Shown here: one piece after another, positions 25,039 through 36,395 of the stretch
How positions within the stretch are numbered: the stretch's first letter is position 1
How the letters are laid out: each line of letters opens with the position of its first letter
DNA from: Chiloscyllium plagiosum
Lineage: Eukaryota
Length of the DNA stretch: 39,620 bases
Direction of reading: 5' to 3'
NCBI RefSeq assembly: GCF_004010195.1
Contig: NC_057720.1
Coordinates: forward strand, 16,950,598-16,990,217
Notes under the pieces: model-generated
Databases searched by the model: none
Told to the model about the DNA's origin: nothing
Seen by the model: the letters and a program-made list of their open reading frames with translations, nothing else
Translations under genes and position numbers: made by a program

Positions 25039-25165
25039 CTGAAGAAGGGCTTATGCCCGAAACGTCAATTCTCCTGTTCCTTGGATGCTGCCTGACCTGC
25101 TGCGCTTTTCCAGCAACACATTTTCAGCTCTGATCTCCAGCATCTGCAGTCCTCACTTTCTCCTC
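25039..25165 (+). mobile_element. Penelope-like family A minimal insertion (127 bp) beginning at the hammerhead core
   Basis: Flanked by CAATCCTAAGGTCC at 25026-25039 and 25166-25179. Starts CTGAAGA-A-GGGC/TTAT/GCCC-GAAA-CG-TC. Confidence 0.85.
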
Positions 25166-25383
25166 CAATCCTAAGGTCCACCATGACAAGCACGCCTGTG
25201 AAAAAAAACCCATGGTCCCTCTATCAGTAAATAACATGATAATAAAGACCAAGGTAGATGGGACCTAATTGAGTATAAGTGTATAATTTCTGCTAATTAA
25301 AACACATGCACTGATTGGTCTGCTACATTGATTTAGATGTTTGTAAAGATCTGCACTTTCCAGATAAGCTCTTTGTTTTACAG

Positions 25384-25559
25384 CCAATGAGACCTACAAA
25401 AACTGTAGATGTTCCATCCAGAAAAATAATAGTGGCAAAACGCAAAATAACAACCAAGTGTACAGCAAGCAGCTTAAGCCGGAGGCCTGCCATTTGTCCA
25501 TCAGAACTAACTTGTGACTGTTACACAACAGATAGGATTTGCAGTGTTTGTCTCTCAAG
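25384..25559 (+). CDS. CDC7: CDC7 coding exon (end of kinase insert 2, Cys zinc motif): PMRPTKTVDVPSRKIIVAKRKITTKCTASSLSRRPAICPSELTCDCYTTDRICSVCLS(R)
   Basis: Acceptor ttttacAG at 25382-25383, donor AG|GTAAAG at 25560; 176 nt. LTCDCY..D..CS.CLSR motif. Confidence 0.96.
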
Positions 25560-26094
25560 GTAAAGTACAATGAACAATTTAAGAATTTTTTAAAATAAAT
25601 GTACGATTTTTAAATGCATTATGGGATTAAAACTCTGCTCATTTGCAAAATAACTTTAAAAATCCAAAGTATATTTTTTTAGGATGAAAAGTCATTGTAA
25701 GTTTTAAGATTTGTCCATGGAGAGTTGCATTTTTAGCAGGTAATGTTTGACAAGAACAGAAATTTCTACATACCGCTTGAACCACTAATCTCAACTTCAC
25801 TAACATAGGGGCTAGAGGCAAACTAAGCTTAATCTGTTCTTTATCAATGTACTTTGATGTGAACCTTTGATGCATTAAGCACACACCAGTGGGAATTGTT
25901 TCCCTGCTTTATTATCTCACTATCTTCATGATTTGCAGCTCAGCATTAATTTAGTTTTATGTTGTGTACTCAAGCCCACCATGAATTGGGTAGATACTGC
26001 TTTGTGCCTCAGGTTTACAAATCTCATACTTGCTTATAAGTACTCCATAGCCCCCCCCCCCCCCGTCCATCTGTCTTTCAATTTTTTAATGAAA

Positions 26095-26433
26095 CGATTT
26101 TTAAACATTTTTAATCCCTACGGCCATTCGCCCCATCAAGTGTGCACCGATCCTCCGAAGAGCATCCCACACCCTCACCCTATTCCCATAACCCCTTATT
26201 TTAACCATGTCAATTCCACCTAGCTTGCACATCCCTGGACGTTACAGACAATTTAGCATGCCAATCCACCTGATCTACGCTTTGGAATGTGGGAAGAAAC
26301 CACAGCACCCAGCAGAAACCCCAACAGACACTGAGAATGTGTCACCTCCACACAGACAAACGCCCAAGGCTGCAATGGAGCCTGGGTCCTTAGCAATGCG
26401 AGGCACCAGTACTAACCACTGAGCAACAGTGCT
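26095..26433 (-). mobile_element. HE1 V-SINE (older, diverged)
   Basis: Reverse complement of the HE1 head (actaaccactgagc) and V-domain. Confidence 0.88.
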
Positions 26434-27109
26434 ACTGTCGACAATCTGGTTCTTTCCTCTTATGGTCATCTCTCCTGACATTTGTTTTCACTCAGACCCA
26501 GTTTATTTGATTAAGCTCCTGGAAAGCAATTGAGATATTTTTCTACGTTAATGGCATTCTATAAATGTTACATTATGGTTAAACCCAACTAGATTGTTTG
26601 AACGAAAGCCCCTAATTTATTGGATTATTTCTTTCAATGAAACGGGTTTTGAATTAAATCAGTCTGTGGTCTTTTAGCTTAAACTGCTGCCTAAAACTGC
26701 ACCCAATCAGCACTGAATTACCAACATCACTTAGGCTATAGATTGGTCTGATTTGGCAATTAGCAAGTAACATTGGTGCAATTAGTAATGTCATTCTGCA
26801 GCTCAGTCTGCAATTAGTTGGCCTTTTCCAGACTTTGTTAACATGTTAACTCTGGAAAAAAAATTTCCAAAATGTTGAATCGAGTATAAATGAAACACCA
26901 TTTGAATTAATACAAGCAGCACGTCTTATCAAGTGGAACGAGCCCATTATTTCTTTGCCACTAAAATTAAGACCATCCAATCAGCTGATTCTGGCAATTT
27001 GATCACTACCACTCGACAGTCAGACCAGACAGGCACTGTTCTAGGTTTAAAGTTACTTTGTTGTCTGGTTTCTATTTGGTTTCCATACCTACCTTGTCCT
27101 CTTCAAGCT

Positions 27110-28420
27110 TGTCATGTCAATCCTATATCCTTCAAATCACTGACCACGCACCTTCCATGTTGCCTGACGTTGCTAATTCTCTTCAGGTACTTCCATCTCT
27201 TGCTAATCTGAAGTCACCAGTCCTTGACCATATGAGCCTCGAAAAATACTATATCATCACCGAACTCCATTTCCTCTTGGAAGTCCTGAGGGTATTGTTG
27301 CCTTCTAAATCTATGCCTGTTTTCCCTAGAATTTGAGTTCCTCCAATTAAGTTTCTGTCCCTGCCACTTTACTGAAACCACTCTTATGAAAGTCACAGAA
27401 GACCTTCTATTTCACTGACAAAAATAAACTAGTCCTGCTTTTGCCATCATACCTTGTTTGAGGCCTTCAACAGTCTTGACAGCACCACCATTCTTCTACA
27501 ATGGCTCTCCACTATTGTCCAACTGTATGTGACTTAGCTTGCTTGGTTCCTTTTTTGGTTATCTATTTACTACCAGAGAATTATCTGCAAAATGTGTTCT
27601 CTTTGTTTTTTTTCCCCCACACCACAACCTCTGCTTTCTCAAGCATCTGTCCTTCCTCACCTGTTAATTCTCATTTATGTGTCGCCCTTCATCAGTGACC
27701 TCCCTTGGCATAGCATTAGTTTCTATATGTGTGTTGACAATACCCACTTCTAACTGCCACCGTCTCTCTTGGCTCCTATTTTCTAGCTGTCAACTCCAAG
27801 TCTCTTCTTGCCAACTGTCTTAGGCTGGTCCAGAATTTTAAAAGCCTTGGTCTTGTTTTTGATATGAGGATGAGTTGCAACCACATGTTATGCCATCATG
27901 ATGGTATAGTGGTAATATTTCTGGACTCATAATACAGAGGTCCAGACTTGTGCTTCATGTTCATGGGTTCAAATCTCGCCACAGCAGCTGGTGGAATTTA
28001 AAATTCATTTAATATGTATGAACGTGAAAACTGGTCTCTGTAAAGGTGACCATAGCAACAGTCATCAGAAGTGGTAACATTTTCTTCACAATATAATTGG
28101 CTCTTAATAGCCTTCTACATTGGCCTAGTAAGTCACTAGGTTCATGGCCAGTTTGAAACAGGCAACAAATGCTGGCTCTGTCAGTGCCTATATCCCATAA
28201 AAAGCATAAATCAACTCTTTTCACTTGTGTAAGATTACCTGATTCCACTCCTATCACAGCTCATCAACTGCTGAAATCTTCCTTATTATTCAGACATGTC
28301 TTGATTATTTCAGCACTCTACATTCCCAGAATGGTCTCCAATATTCTACCTTTATATCATCTAAAACTCTACTTCTGTCCAATTTCACAGCATCTTGTTT
28401 TCATTCTTGTAGTTGAATAT
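27110..28420 (+). mobile_element. Decayed L2 LINE RT region, interrupted by a SINE at about 27897-28212
   Basis: KSPVLDHMSLEKYYIITELHFLLEVL and FEFLQLSFCPCHFTETTLMKVTEDLL resemble the L2 motifs LDP..L.NYRPISNLPFLSKVLE and QSGFRP.HSTETAL.KVTND.L. Confidence 0.75.
27897..28212 (+). mobile_element. tRNA-derived SINE (non-HE1 family)
   Basis: A-box-like tggtatagtggtaat, B-box ggttcaaatct, tail ggcaacaaatgctggctctgtcagtgcctatatcccataaaaagcataaa. Confidence 0.7.
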
Positions 28421-28490
28421 TTTTGTGGAAAAGTTGATATGACTACACCAGTTACAGAATTACATATTCATGCAACAGATGAACACTTTG

Positions 28491-28815
28491 AGGTGACGCA
28501 TTGTTGCCTCACAGCACCAGGGTCCCACGTTCGATTCCAACCTTGGTGACTGCTTGCATGGAGTTGTGCATGCTCCCGTCAGGTGCTCCAGTTTCCTCCC
28601 ACAGTCCAAAAATGCGTGGGTTAGGTGAAATGGCCATGCTAAATTGCCCATAGTGTCCAGGGATGTGTAGGTTATCTATGGAAATGTAGGTTTATAGGAA
28701 TGGGGGTGGGGAGGGGAGTGGCTTGGCTTGGGTTTGTGAGGGATAGTCTTCAGAGGGTCGGTACAGACTCAATGGGCCAAAATGGCCTGCTTCTGTACTG
28801 TAAGGATTCTCTGAT
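28491..28815 (+). mobile_element. HE1 V-SINE (diverged)
   Basis: gcctcacagcaccaggg head remnant, V-domain, CR1-like tail. Confidence 0.88.
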
Positions 28816-29217
28816 GATCCTATGATACTTTTACTCACTGAAAGCTATCTGAAATTCAAAGTCGAATTCCAAATGTTTTGTTCAATTGTAGCAACTCAAT
28901 CATCTAAATCAAAATCTGACATAAGAAAATTAACCATTTATTTTAAAATTTTAAAAATAGCCCTGATAAGGGAGATGCTTACACTATCAAAATGAAGAAT
29001 TTATTCAAAATTCTCACAAAGATCCTGACATGAAGTTTAATTTTCCACACCAACTGGTGCTATGCTACTCACAAAGAAATCAATGTAACTTGGAATAATC
29101 CACATTATGGTTGCAATTCAGTGATCTTAATGCTCACCTCAGGATTCATTAAAGACTCAATGAATGAGTATTTCCTACACTGTAAGTTCTTATTTTCAAT
29201 TATTGTATTCAGATTTT

Positions 29218-29812
29218 AGAGTCACAGAGATGTACAGCACAGAAACAGACTCTTCAGTCCAACTCGTCCATGCCAACCAGATATCCCGAACCAATCTAGT
29301 CCCACTTGCCAGCACTTGTCAAAACTCTTCCTGTTCATATACCCATCCAGATGCCTTTTAAATGTTGCAGTTATACGAGCCTCCACCACTTCGTCTGGCC
29401 ATTCCACAGACGCATCACCCTTTGTGTGGAAAAAGTTGCCCCTTAGGTCTCTTTTTATCTTTCCCCTTTCACCCTAAATCTCTTTTTATCTTTCCCCACC
29501 CCAGGGAAAAGATTTTGTCTATTTATCGTATCCATGCCCCTCATGATTTTATAAACCTCTAGAAGGTTACCCCTCAGCCTCTGATGCTCCAAGGAAAACA
29601 GCCCCAGCTTATTCAACCTCTATAGTTCAAATCCTTCAACCCAGGCAACATCCTTATAAATCTTTTCTGAACCCTTTCAAGTTTCACAACATCTTTCTGA
29701 TAGGAAGCAGACCAGCATTGCACACAATATTCCAACAGTGGGCTAACCAATGTCCTGTACAGCCACAACATGACCTTCCCAACTCCTGTACTCAATATTC
29801 TGACCAATAAAG
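29218..29812 (-). mobile_element. CR1 LINE 3' fragment
   Basis: MLWLYRTLVSPLLEYCVQCWS...KLERVQKRFIRMLPGL plus 3'UTR. Confidence 0.92.
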
Positions 29813-30241
29813 GAATTAGTTTATTTGTGCTAGCTAGTGAAGTATTAAGAAATTATTTTCATGAGGAGTATGGCAATATCCACCTTCAATTGTTTAATTC
29901 CTTTGATTTGTAAACGTTTGAATATGCTGAGTCCAGAACAGAGCGAAATTCTCTTTCTACAACTTGCCTGTTTTATGTCTTTACTGGGTATGGCATGGAC
30001 AAACAGCTTTCAGTCTGTTCTCTGGTAGAATGTAAAGAAGCAGATTCTGAAGATCCTACTTCTGTTGCTGTACCTCTAGCCAGCAGGGCAGTCTGACTAA
30101 AGTAGTACAAAGGGGAAAACTGAAATTCAAATGACAGTCTCAGATGTGGTTGTAAAACACCTGATTGAAAAGTATGTTCAACAGAAATGAATAGAAATGT
30201 TTTATTTGTTTTTCTTCTAAATGGTTGTTTTCAAGTAATAA

Positions 30242-30382
<141 letters not shown>

Positions 30383-30807
30383 TAAAACTGAAATGACACT
30401 TGTGCAGTGTTTTAGGTGTAATTAACTTTTCTATTCATGCATTCTTTACTTAATATTTCTACATCTTGTGAGCAGGTCATAAAGCAGTTGTAGAGACTCC
30501 ATGTACAGAAACCATTGACTTGAACAGACCAATTTAGATGATTTACTGGAGGCTGTAATTTTGGCTAGGTATTGAGCTGAACAAGGTTCAGCATCCTTTA
30601 TGGAATTGGATTTATTGCTGGTACTCAGATTCTCATCATAACGGCTCAGAAATATACCTGGTGTTTCCTGAAATCTGAGTGCGTGCATTTTCTGGATAAG
30701 AAAGTCTAATCTTTAATATGTACAAACAGCAACTAATTTGGCCTAATTTAGTTTATAATTGGCACTAAACTGAAATGTACAGATTAAATTCTGTAGGTAT
30801 TCACTTT

Positions 30808-31440
30808 GGAGTCACAGAGCTGTACAGCATGGAAATAGGCCCATTGGTCCAACTTATCCATGCCAACCAGATAACCGAAAGTAATCTAGTCCCATTTACC
30901 AGCACTTGGCCCATATCCTTCTGAACCCTTTCTATTCACACACCCATCCAGATGCCTTTTAAATGTTGTAAATGTACCAGTCTCCACCACTTCCATTGGC
31001 AGCTTGTTCCATACAAGCACCACCCTCTGCGTGAATAAGTTGCCCCTTAGGTCCCTTTTAAATTTTTCCCCCTCTCACCCTAAACCTATTTCCTTTAGTT
31101 TTGGACTCAGCCTCTGGAAAAGACCTTTGCTTTTCACCCTATCCGAGCACCTCATGATTTTATCAGCCTCTAGATGGTAACCCCTCAGCCTCCAATGCGC
31201 CAGGGAAAACAACCCCAGCCTATTCAGCCTCTCCAACAAGTCCTCCAACCCTGGTAACGTCCTTGTACGTCTTTTCTGAACCCTTTCAAGTTTTGCAACA
31301 TCTTTCCTAGAGCAGGGAGACCCCCAGAATTGCATGCAGTATTCCAAAAGTGGCCTAACTCATTTCCCGTACAGCTGCAACAAGACCTCCCAACTCCTAT
31401 ACTCAATGCTCTGACCAATAAAGGCAAGCGTACTGAATGC
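30808..31440 (-). mobile_element. CR1 LINE 3' fragment
   Basis: EYCMQFW...KLERVQKR..RTLPGLED plus 3'UTR; same subfamily as 447-1545 and 29218-29812. Confidence 0.92.
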
Positions 31441-31782
31441 TGGAAAGGATTGTTAGAAAGAAAGCAGATTAATTAAGAACCTGCTGAAACCCGATCCTCT
31501 AAGTGATCCAGACCCTCTTTAATGGGAATGTACACAGAGTGCTGATGTTGAGCTTCTTGAGGGGTGAGGCAGAGGAAGGAAAGAGGTGTTCGTTGATTGC
31601 TTTTCATAAACAAAGCAGCTCATTGAGTAGGATTGATGAGTATTTCTAATCTTTACAGTATAAGTAAGGTCTTTGGTTTGTTTAGATCTCTAGTCTTTTG
31701 TTTCTCTTCTTAAAAATAGCTTGTATATAAGATTGATACTGGTTTTTCATGAATGGTAAACAGCAGGGATACTAGAGTGTAT

Positions 31783-32004
31783 AAAGTTACCAGAAGGTAG
31801 GCTGCTGTCTCATTTGAGAGAGAGAGAGAGAGAGAGAGACACCTGGTGGTGATTTAACTTGAGGGTCACCACAACTCTGGGAAGGGGAGAGGTTGAAAAG
31901 AAGAATCCTTTGTGGTAACCTCAACCACATCTCTATGACTCTATGTGGTGTTGGCACCATTCTGCAACAACCAGCCATCCAGTAAACTGAGTAATATCAC
32001 CCCC
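31783..32004 (-). mobile_element. Short tRNA-like SINE with internal (GA)n tract and 12-bp TSD
   Basis: TSD ACTAGAGT(G/A)TAT at 31771-31782 and 32005-32016. Minus strand begins ggggg...actcagtttactggatggctgg. (GA)n at about 31815-31839. Confidence 0.65.
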
Positions 32005-32159
32005 ACTAGAGTATATTAGCAAATTAAATAATATATGATAGAGGTGTCAGGTCAGGCGATATTTCTGCTACTGTATATGAGAGCTTCTGGCCATTAATGT
32101 GATTCAGAGTTAAAAATTACACAATACCAGGTTATAGTCAAACAGGTTTTTTTTGGAAG

Positions 32160-32194
32160 CACTAGCTTTCGGAACGCTGCTCCTTCATCAGGTG
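32160..32194 (-). ncRNA. Minimal type-I hammerhead ribozyme motif (family B, antisense copy)
   Basis: Reverse complement: CAC-CTGATGA-A-GGAGC/AGC/GTTCC-GAAA-GC-TA-GTG. Core intact; one G:U pair in stem II. Confidence 0.78.
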
Positions 32195-32805
32195 GTCGTG
32201 GAGGTTAAGATCATGCTGACAGAATTTATAGCCAAAGGAGTCCAGTGTCATGGAGATGTGATACAGAAAACAATCGCAGATAAAAACATAAAGTACAGAA
32301 CCAAACAGGCCCTTCGGCTCACGATGTTGTGCCAAGGATTAATCCTAATCTAAAATAAAATAACCTAACCTATGCACCCTCAATTCACTGCTGTCCATGT
32401 GCATGTCCAGCCGTCGTTTTAATGTCCCTAATGACTCTGCTTCCACCACTACCGCTGGCAATGCTTTCCATGCGTTCACTACTCTTTTCTTAAAGAACCT
32501 ACCTCTGACGTCTCCACTATACCTTCCTCCTAACACCTTAAAACTAACCCCTCGAGGCAATCAATTCTGCCCTGGGCAAATGTCTTTGGCTCTCGATTCT
32601 ATCCATGTCTCTAGTTGCTTCATACAACTTGATCAGGTCATCTCTCTTCCTCCTTCTCTCCAGAGAGAAAAGTCCAAACTTAGTCAAACTCTGTTCGTAA
32701 GACAAGCCCTCCAGTCCAGGCAGCATCCTGGTAAACCTTCTTTGCACCCTCTCCAAAGCCGCCTCATCTTACTGAAAATAAGGAGACCAGAACTGGACAC
32801 AATAT

Positions 32806-33616
32806 GGATGTATGTTTGCTCGCTGAGCTGGAATGTTCGTTTTCAGACGTTTCGTCGCCGTACTCGGTAACATCTTCAGTGAGCCTCCGAATGAAGCAGT
32901 AGTGGTTTAGCCTGCTTTCTACTTATATGCATGTGGTTCCTTGGGTTGGTGCTGTCATTTCCTATTCTTTTTTTCTCGGGGTGGTAATTGGGATCCAAGT
33001 AAATGTGTTTGTTGATAGAGTTCCGGTTGGAATGCCATTCTTTTAGGAATTCTCCTGCATGTCTCTATTTGGCTTGTCCTATGATGGATGTGTTGTCCCA
33101 GTCGAAGTGGTGTTCTTCCTCACCCGTATGTGAGGATACAAGTGCGAGTGGATCATGTCGTTATGTGGCTGGTTGATGCTCATTATGACGACATGACCCA
33201 CTCTCACTAGTATCCTCACATACGGATGAGGAAGGACACCACTTCGACTGGGACAACACATCCATCATAGGACAAGCCAAATAGAGACATGCACGAGAAT
33301 TCCTAGAAGCATGGCATTCCAACCGGAACTCTATCAACAAACACATTTACTTGGATCCCATTTACCACCTCTGAGAAAAAGAATGTGAAATGACATCACC
33401 ATAGGAAAAGATGTCACCACAGGAAATCACATCACCAACCCAAGGAACCACCAGCATATTAATAGAAAGTGGGCTACACCACTTGTGCTTCATTCCGAGG
33501 CTCACCAAAGATGTTACCTAGTATGGTGACGAATTGTCCGAAAACAAACCTTCCAGCTCAACAAGCAAACCTACATTCAGAACCTCAATCTGAGCTACAA
33601 TTCTTCTCAAAACTTA
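32806..33616. mobile_element. Penelope-like family C element, 811-bp inverted-repeat insertion with GIY-YIG C-terminal coding remnant
   Basis: TSD TGG(A/T)CACAATAT at 32794-32805 and 33617-33628. Arms about 32806-33161 and 33188-33578 are reverse complements. 33189-33374 reads RHDPLSLVSSHTDEEGHHFDWDNTSIIGQAK*RHAREFLEAWHSNRNSINKHIYLDPIYHL*. Confidence 0.9.
32843..32882 (-). ncRNA. Minimal type-I hammerhead ribozyme motif (family C)
   Basis: Reverse complement: TCA-CTGAAGA-T-GTTACC/GAGTAC/GGCGAC-GAAA-CG-TC-TGA. Stem I TCA/TGA, core intact, GUC triplet, one mismatch in stem II. Confidence 0.78.
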
Positions 33617-35062
33617 TGGTCACAATATTCTGAGTGCGGTCTCACCAGGGTTTTGTAGAGCTGCAGCAAAACCACGCAGCTCTTAAACTCGATCCCCCTA
33701 TTAATGAAAGCCAAAACATCATATGCTTTCTTAACAACCCTATCCACTTGGGTTGCAACTTTGAGGGATCTCTGCAGTTGAACACCAAGATCTTGCTATT
33801 CCTACGCACTGCCCAGAGTCCTGTCTTTAATCCTATATTCAGCGTTCAAGTTCGACCTTCCAAAATGCATCACTTCACATTAATCCAGGTTGAACTCCAT
33901 CTGCCATTTCTCAGCCCAGTTCTGCAACCTGTCTATGTCACGTTGCAGCCTGCAATAGCCCTCTATACTATCGACGACACCTCCAACCATTGTGTCATCT
34001 GCAAATTTACTAACCCACCCCTCAACCTTCTCATCCAAGTCATTGATAAAAACTACAAAGAGCAGAGGCCCAAGAACAGAGCCCTGCGGGACCCCACTCA
34101 ACACTGACCTACAGGCAGAATACTTCCCATCTACGGCCACTCTCTCCCTTCTGTCAGCCAACCAATTCTGAATCCAGAGAGCCAAATCTGCCTGTATCCC
34201 ATACCTCCTGCCTTTATGAATGAGCCTACCATGGGGAATCTTATCAAATGCCTTGCTGAAGTCCCTATACACTACATCCATTGCCCAACCTTCGTCAACC
34301 TGTCTTGTCACCTCCTCAAAGAGCTCAGTAAGATTTGTGAGGCATGGCCTGTCCCTCACAAAGCCATGCTGACTGCTTTTAATCACACTGCATTTTTCCA
34401 AATATTCATAAAACCTATCCCTCAGGATTATTTCCAAAACTTTGCTGACCACAGACGTAAGACTGAATGGTCTGTAATTGCCCGGAATTTCCCTATTACC
34501 CTTCTTGAAAAGAGGAACAACATTTGCCTCCCTCCAATCCTCTGGAACAACTCCCGTGGAGAGTGAGGAGACAAAGATCTTGGCTAGTGGGTTAACAACC
34601 TCCTTTCTCGCGTCTCGGGGCAATGTAGGATAAATCTGGTCTGGTCCTGGGGACTTGTAATCTTAATGTTTGTCAAAGTTTCCAGCACATCAAATTCCTC
34701 AATCTCAATCTGTTCAAGCCTATTACCCGGCTCCTGAAAGTTTTCATTCACAGCAAGGTCCCTTTTTTTAGTGAAAATCAAAGCAAAAAACTCATTTAGG
34801 GCTTCCCCTATCTGCTCAGACTTCACGCACAAGTTCCCTACACTATCCCTGACTGGCTGTACCTTCTCTCTGATCATTCTCTTATTTCTCTCGTATGAGT
34901 AAAATGCTTTTTGGGTTCTCCCTGATCCTTCCCGCCAAGCTCTTTTCGTGCCCCCTCCTGGCTCTCCTCAGTGCATTTTTGAGCTCCTTTCTAGCAAGCC
35001 TGTAATCCTCTAAAGCTGGGCTAGATCCTTGCTTCCTCCACCTTACGTAAGCTGTCTTCTTT

Positions 35063-35375
35063 GATTAGATTAGATTTCCAACAGTGTGAAAACTGTCCCT
35101 TTGGCCCAACAAGTCCACACCGACCCTCCGAAGAGTAAACCCTCCCCATTTCCCTCTGACTAATGCAGCTAGCACTACGGGCAATTTCATGACCAGTTCA
35201 CCTGACCTGCACATGTTTGGACTTTGGGAGGAAACCGGAGCACCTGGACCAAACCCACGCAGACACTGGGAGAATGTACAAACTCCACACACACAATTGC
35301 CTGAGGCTGCAATCGAACCTGGGTCCCTTGCACTGTGAGGCAGCGGTGCTAACCACTGAGCCACTGTGCTGCCCC
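35063..35375 (-). mobile_element. HE1 V-SINE nested in CR1 ORF2
   Basis: gattagattagatt tail and reverse-complement head (aaccactgagccactgtgctgccc). Confidence 0.93.
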
Positions 35376-36207
35376 TCTGATGAGAAGCTCCTCTGTTCTC
35401 GACATCCAAGGCTCCTTAATCTTACCTTTTCTTGCCTGACTCAGGATAAAATTTATGCATCACTCACAACAACTGTTCTTTAAACAGTTTCCACATGTCT
35501 GTTGTGCCCTTGCTATGGGGCAATTGCTCCCAATCTGTACTTCCCAATGCTTACCTGATAGCGTCATAATGTCCTTTTACCAAATTAAATGTCTTCCCAT
35601 GCTAACTGCTCCTTTCCCTCTCCATGGCTTCGGTAAATGTGAGGCAGTTGTGGTCACTGTCACCAAAATGTTCTCACACCTCGAGATCTGACACCTGTCC
35701 TGGCTCATTGCTGCGCACCAAATCCAAAGTGACCTTTCCTCTCATCGGCCTGAGTAAGGAAACCCTCCTGAACACACCTGAGAAAAATGGCTCCATCCAA
35801 ACGAGCTGCACTAAGGAGGTTCCAGTCAGTATTGGGAATGTTGGAGTCACCCATAACAACAGCCCTGCTACATCTGCATTTTTCCATCTTTCATCTTTTA
35901 TAATGGGATATGCTGGTTTCTGTTTTTTGCTACGTAAATCCCGAAACTTCTATCTTGAGAATGTAATTTCATAGCTCAGCTTTTTAAACAATAAGTGTGA
36001 AGTCTGTATCCCAGTGCTATGTCAGACTGACAAACCCTCTGTATAGTTTGAGTTTTACATGAATTCATGCAATTTTTGAGCAAAATAAAATGTAATTCTG
36101 CAAAAACAAATTCAACCCATAAGCTTATGTGTGTGCATGTAGACAGATTGTGACAGATTGAATGTGCATGGGAGTATGTGGGTGTGAGCACACATGATCA
36201 AGCGTGT

Positions 36208-36219
36208 ATTTATATATAT

Positions 36220-36258
<39 letters not shown>
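36208..36258. repeat. (TA)n(TG)n compound microsatellite at the inversion junction of the family B PLE
   Basis: Directly visible dinucleotide runs. Confidence 0.9.
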
Positions 36259-36360
36259 AAGATGAAAGTTTTATTCTAAGATTGTTTACTGTATCACATC
36301 TCCATGACACTGGACTCCTTTGGCTATAAATTCTGTGAGCATGATGTTAACCTCCACAAC

Positions 36361-36395
36361 CACCTGATGAAGGAGCGGTGCTCCGAAAGCTAGTG
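36361..36395 (+). ncRNA. Minimal type-I hammerhead ribozyme motif (family B, sense copy)
   Basis: CAC-CTGATGA(36364-36370)-A-GGAGC/GGT/GCTCC-GAAA(36385-36388)-GC-TA(36392)-GTG. All stems perfectly paired; palindromic AGCT stem III. Confidence 0.82.

Larger units (their letters stand above)
23998..25200 (-). mobile_element. Old RTE-clade LINE 3' fragment, host to two PLE insertions
   Basis: RTE-like 3' end (gggttctgagatggctgataagtc) and a degenerate C-terminal coding remnant at 24800-24990. Text is contiguous across the TSD-flanked inserts. Confidence 0.55.
32286..35887 (-). mobile_element. CR1 LINE, about 2.5 kb of ORF2 plus 3'UTR, with nested PLE (32806-33616) and HE1 (35063-35375)
   Basis: 247-aa RT ORF at 33880-34623 (PEDWREANVVPLFKKG, NYRPFSLTS, SQHGFVR, DFSKAFD, GVPQGSVLGP, FADDT). 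Endonuclease remnants (VVMGDSN, LDLV) near 35700-35860. Frameshifted. Confidence 0.95.

Noticed and set aside
33880..34623. 247-aa reverse transcriptase ORF as a functional or novel RT system
   Set aside because: An ordinary CR1 ORF2 fragment, bounded by frameshifts and interrupted by nested insertions.
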